From Nitrosopumilus sp. (GTDB lineage: Archaea; Thermoproteota; Nitrososphaeria; Nitrososphaerales; Nitrosopumilaceae), in assembly GCA_965205425.1 (NCBI GenBank), contig CBDBGZ010000005.1, positions 1 through 64,000 of the forward strand: a DNA stretch of 64,000 nucleotides, read 5' to 3'. The stretch's first letter is position 1; every line of letters begins with the position of its first letter. Positions 62,849 through 64,000 of the stretch are shown in pieces. The notes under the pieces are model-generated. The model saw nothing but the letters and a program-made list of their open reading frames with translations, searched no databases and was not told where the DNA came from. Position numbers and translations under genes: made by a program.

Positions 62849-64000
62849 TTAGAAGAAATCAGAAATTGTTTTTTGTCTCATTAATTCAATTATTTTTCCA
62901 TGTGAAAGCCATTCAGATTTACTGATACTCATCTTATTTGATGCCAATAACAAAGCTTGATCAAAGTTTTCTGCAATTATAGGAGTTTGATTCATTGCCT
63001 CACGTACGCCTTCTCGGACTTGCCACACACCAACAGGTATAGCATACTCAGGACGAATTTCACGTAAAATAACCACACCTGCTTGAATTTTCTTTTTGTT
63101 CAAATATTCTAAAACACCCAATTTTGCGGCAAAATAGGCTCCAGCAATTGCAGGAGGATGATCAATGCCACGGGCATCTTCAAAATCAGAACCAAATCCC
63201 ATCACACCATTAGAATACCAAGCTTCAATCATTTCATAGATCCACCTATGTGGAAACAGAACTACTGTGAAAATATTTCCCAAATGTTCATATGAAAAAA
63301 CTCTACACGAGTCAATCAAATTATAATTCAAAACATCCTCAGTAATGGATTTACAAATTATATCATCTGTTGCGGTTATACTCCATTTTGTTGGAACTAG
63401 TTTTCTTTTCTGACCAAGCATTCCAATACTAAAACATTTTTGAATTTTGGAAATTTCAATTCCAGAATTATACAAATTTAAAACAGCATCTTGTGCTTTT
63501 AGATCTTTATCATAGAATGTTTTTTCAATTGATTTGATAGAGGAAGTTCCAGAAAAATTAGCAGATTTAATTTCCCCTACAGGTCCAAAAGGAGCGCTTT
63601 CACCATCAAGAGAAATATTAGGAGAAGTAGATTTTTGAAAAATTAAATCTGAATCAATAGGTTTGGAAGACATTGCAACTTCCTGAAGTTTTTCAACATG
63701 CCGTCCTTCAGTTTGGTCAATAGGGATTTTTTGAATACCTCTAACTAAATTTAATCTAAAGTTAACTATATCTTCCAGAGGTTTCCCTTTCCAGTTTTCA
63801 GGACTATCAAGTAAGCTAGTGTCACCATGAACTGGAGGCACCATAGGACCTACAAAGACCTTAGGGTAGTCATATGAACCAACAAAAACAGATGGAGGGC
63901 TAGATCCACTAACAGAGTCAGATGAAAACAAATTACCATGTTTTGAAAGGGATTCATGCCATTTTGATAAAATTGCACGACGAATGTTTTGAGAGTCTGA
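62849..64000 (-). CDS. nreA: Archaeal DNA repair protein NreA (frame open beyond window end)
   Basis: SPPSVFVG, KLVPTKWSITATD, PVGVWQVRE, C-terminal PIP box QKTISDFF. Confidence 0.92.
   Translation of the reverse strand, partial: SDSQNIRRAILSKWHESLSKHGNLFSSDSVSGSSPPSVFVGSYDYPKVFVGPMVPPVHGDTSLLDSPENWKGKPLEDIVNFRLNLVRGIQKIPIDQTEGRHVEKLQEVAMSSKPIDSDLIFQKSTSPNISLDGESAPFGPVGEIKSANFSGTSSIKSIEKTFYDKDLKAQDAVLNLYNSGIEISKIQKCFSIGMLGQKRKLVPTKWSITATDDIICKSITEDVLNYNLIDSCRVFSYEHLGNIFTVVLFPHRWIYEMIEAWYSNGVMGFGSDFEDARGIDHPPAIAGAYFAAKLGVLEYLNKKKIQAGVVILREIRPEYAIPVGVWQVREGVREAMNQTPIIAENFDQALLLASNKMSISKSEWLSHGKIIELMRQKTISDFF

Overview
AT-rich archaeal window resembling Nitrosopumilus (Nitrososphaerota), inferred from srp19, gar1, tfb, nreA and an intron-containing tRNA-Leu. 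A core block at ~15.9-39.3 kb holds SRP19/Gar1/TFB, heme and siroheme genes, pgk and the SUF Fe-S system; a second at 58.6-64 kb holds nadE, cysS, mscS and nreA. Two IS-rich accessory regions (1-15.9 kb and 39.5-58.5 kb) carry IS66, IS110, three IS5-like types, two IS630 types plus a MITE, ISH3-like and IS481 elements; one more DDE element lies in the core block. The second region also has a type III R-M system, HEPN and PD-(D/E)xK genes, a frameshifted cyclase-like gene and remnants of an integrative plasmid or virus. The top signal is an IS110/IS1111-type recombinase whose 3' non-coding end folds into a two-loop bridge/seek-RNA-like structure. Its guide segments match the IS66 terminal inverted repeat (TIR) and its own ends. 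One full copy sits in the right IS66 TIR, and the right end of a second copy abuts the left TIR. All calls come from reading the sequence; no searches were run.
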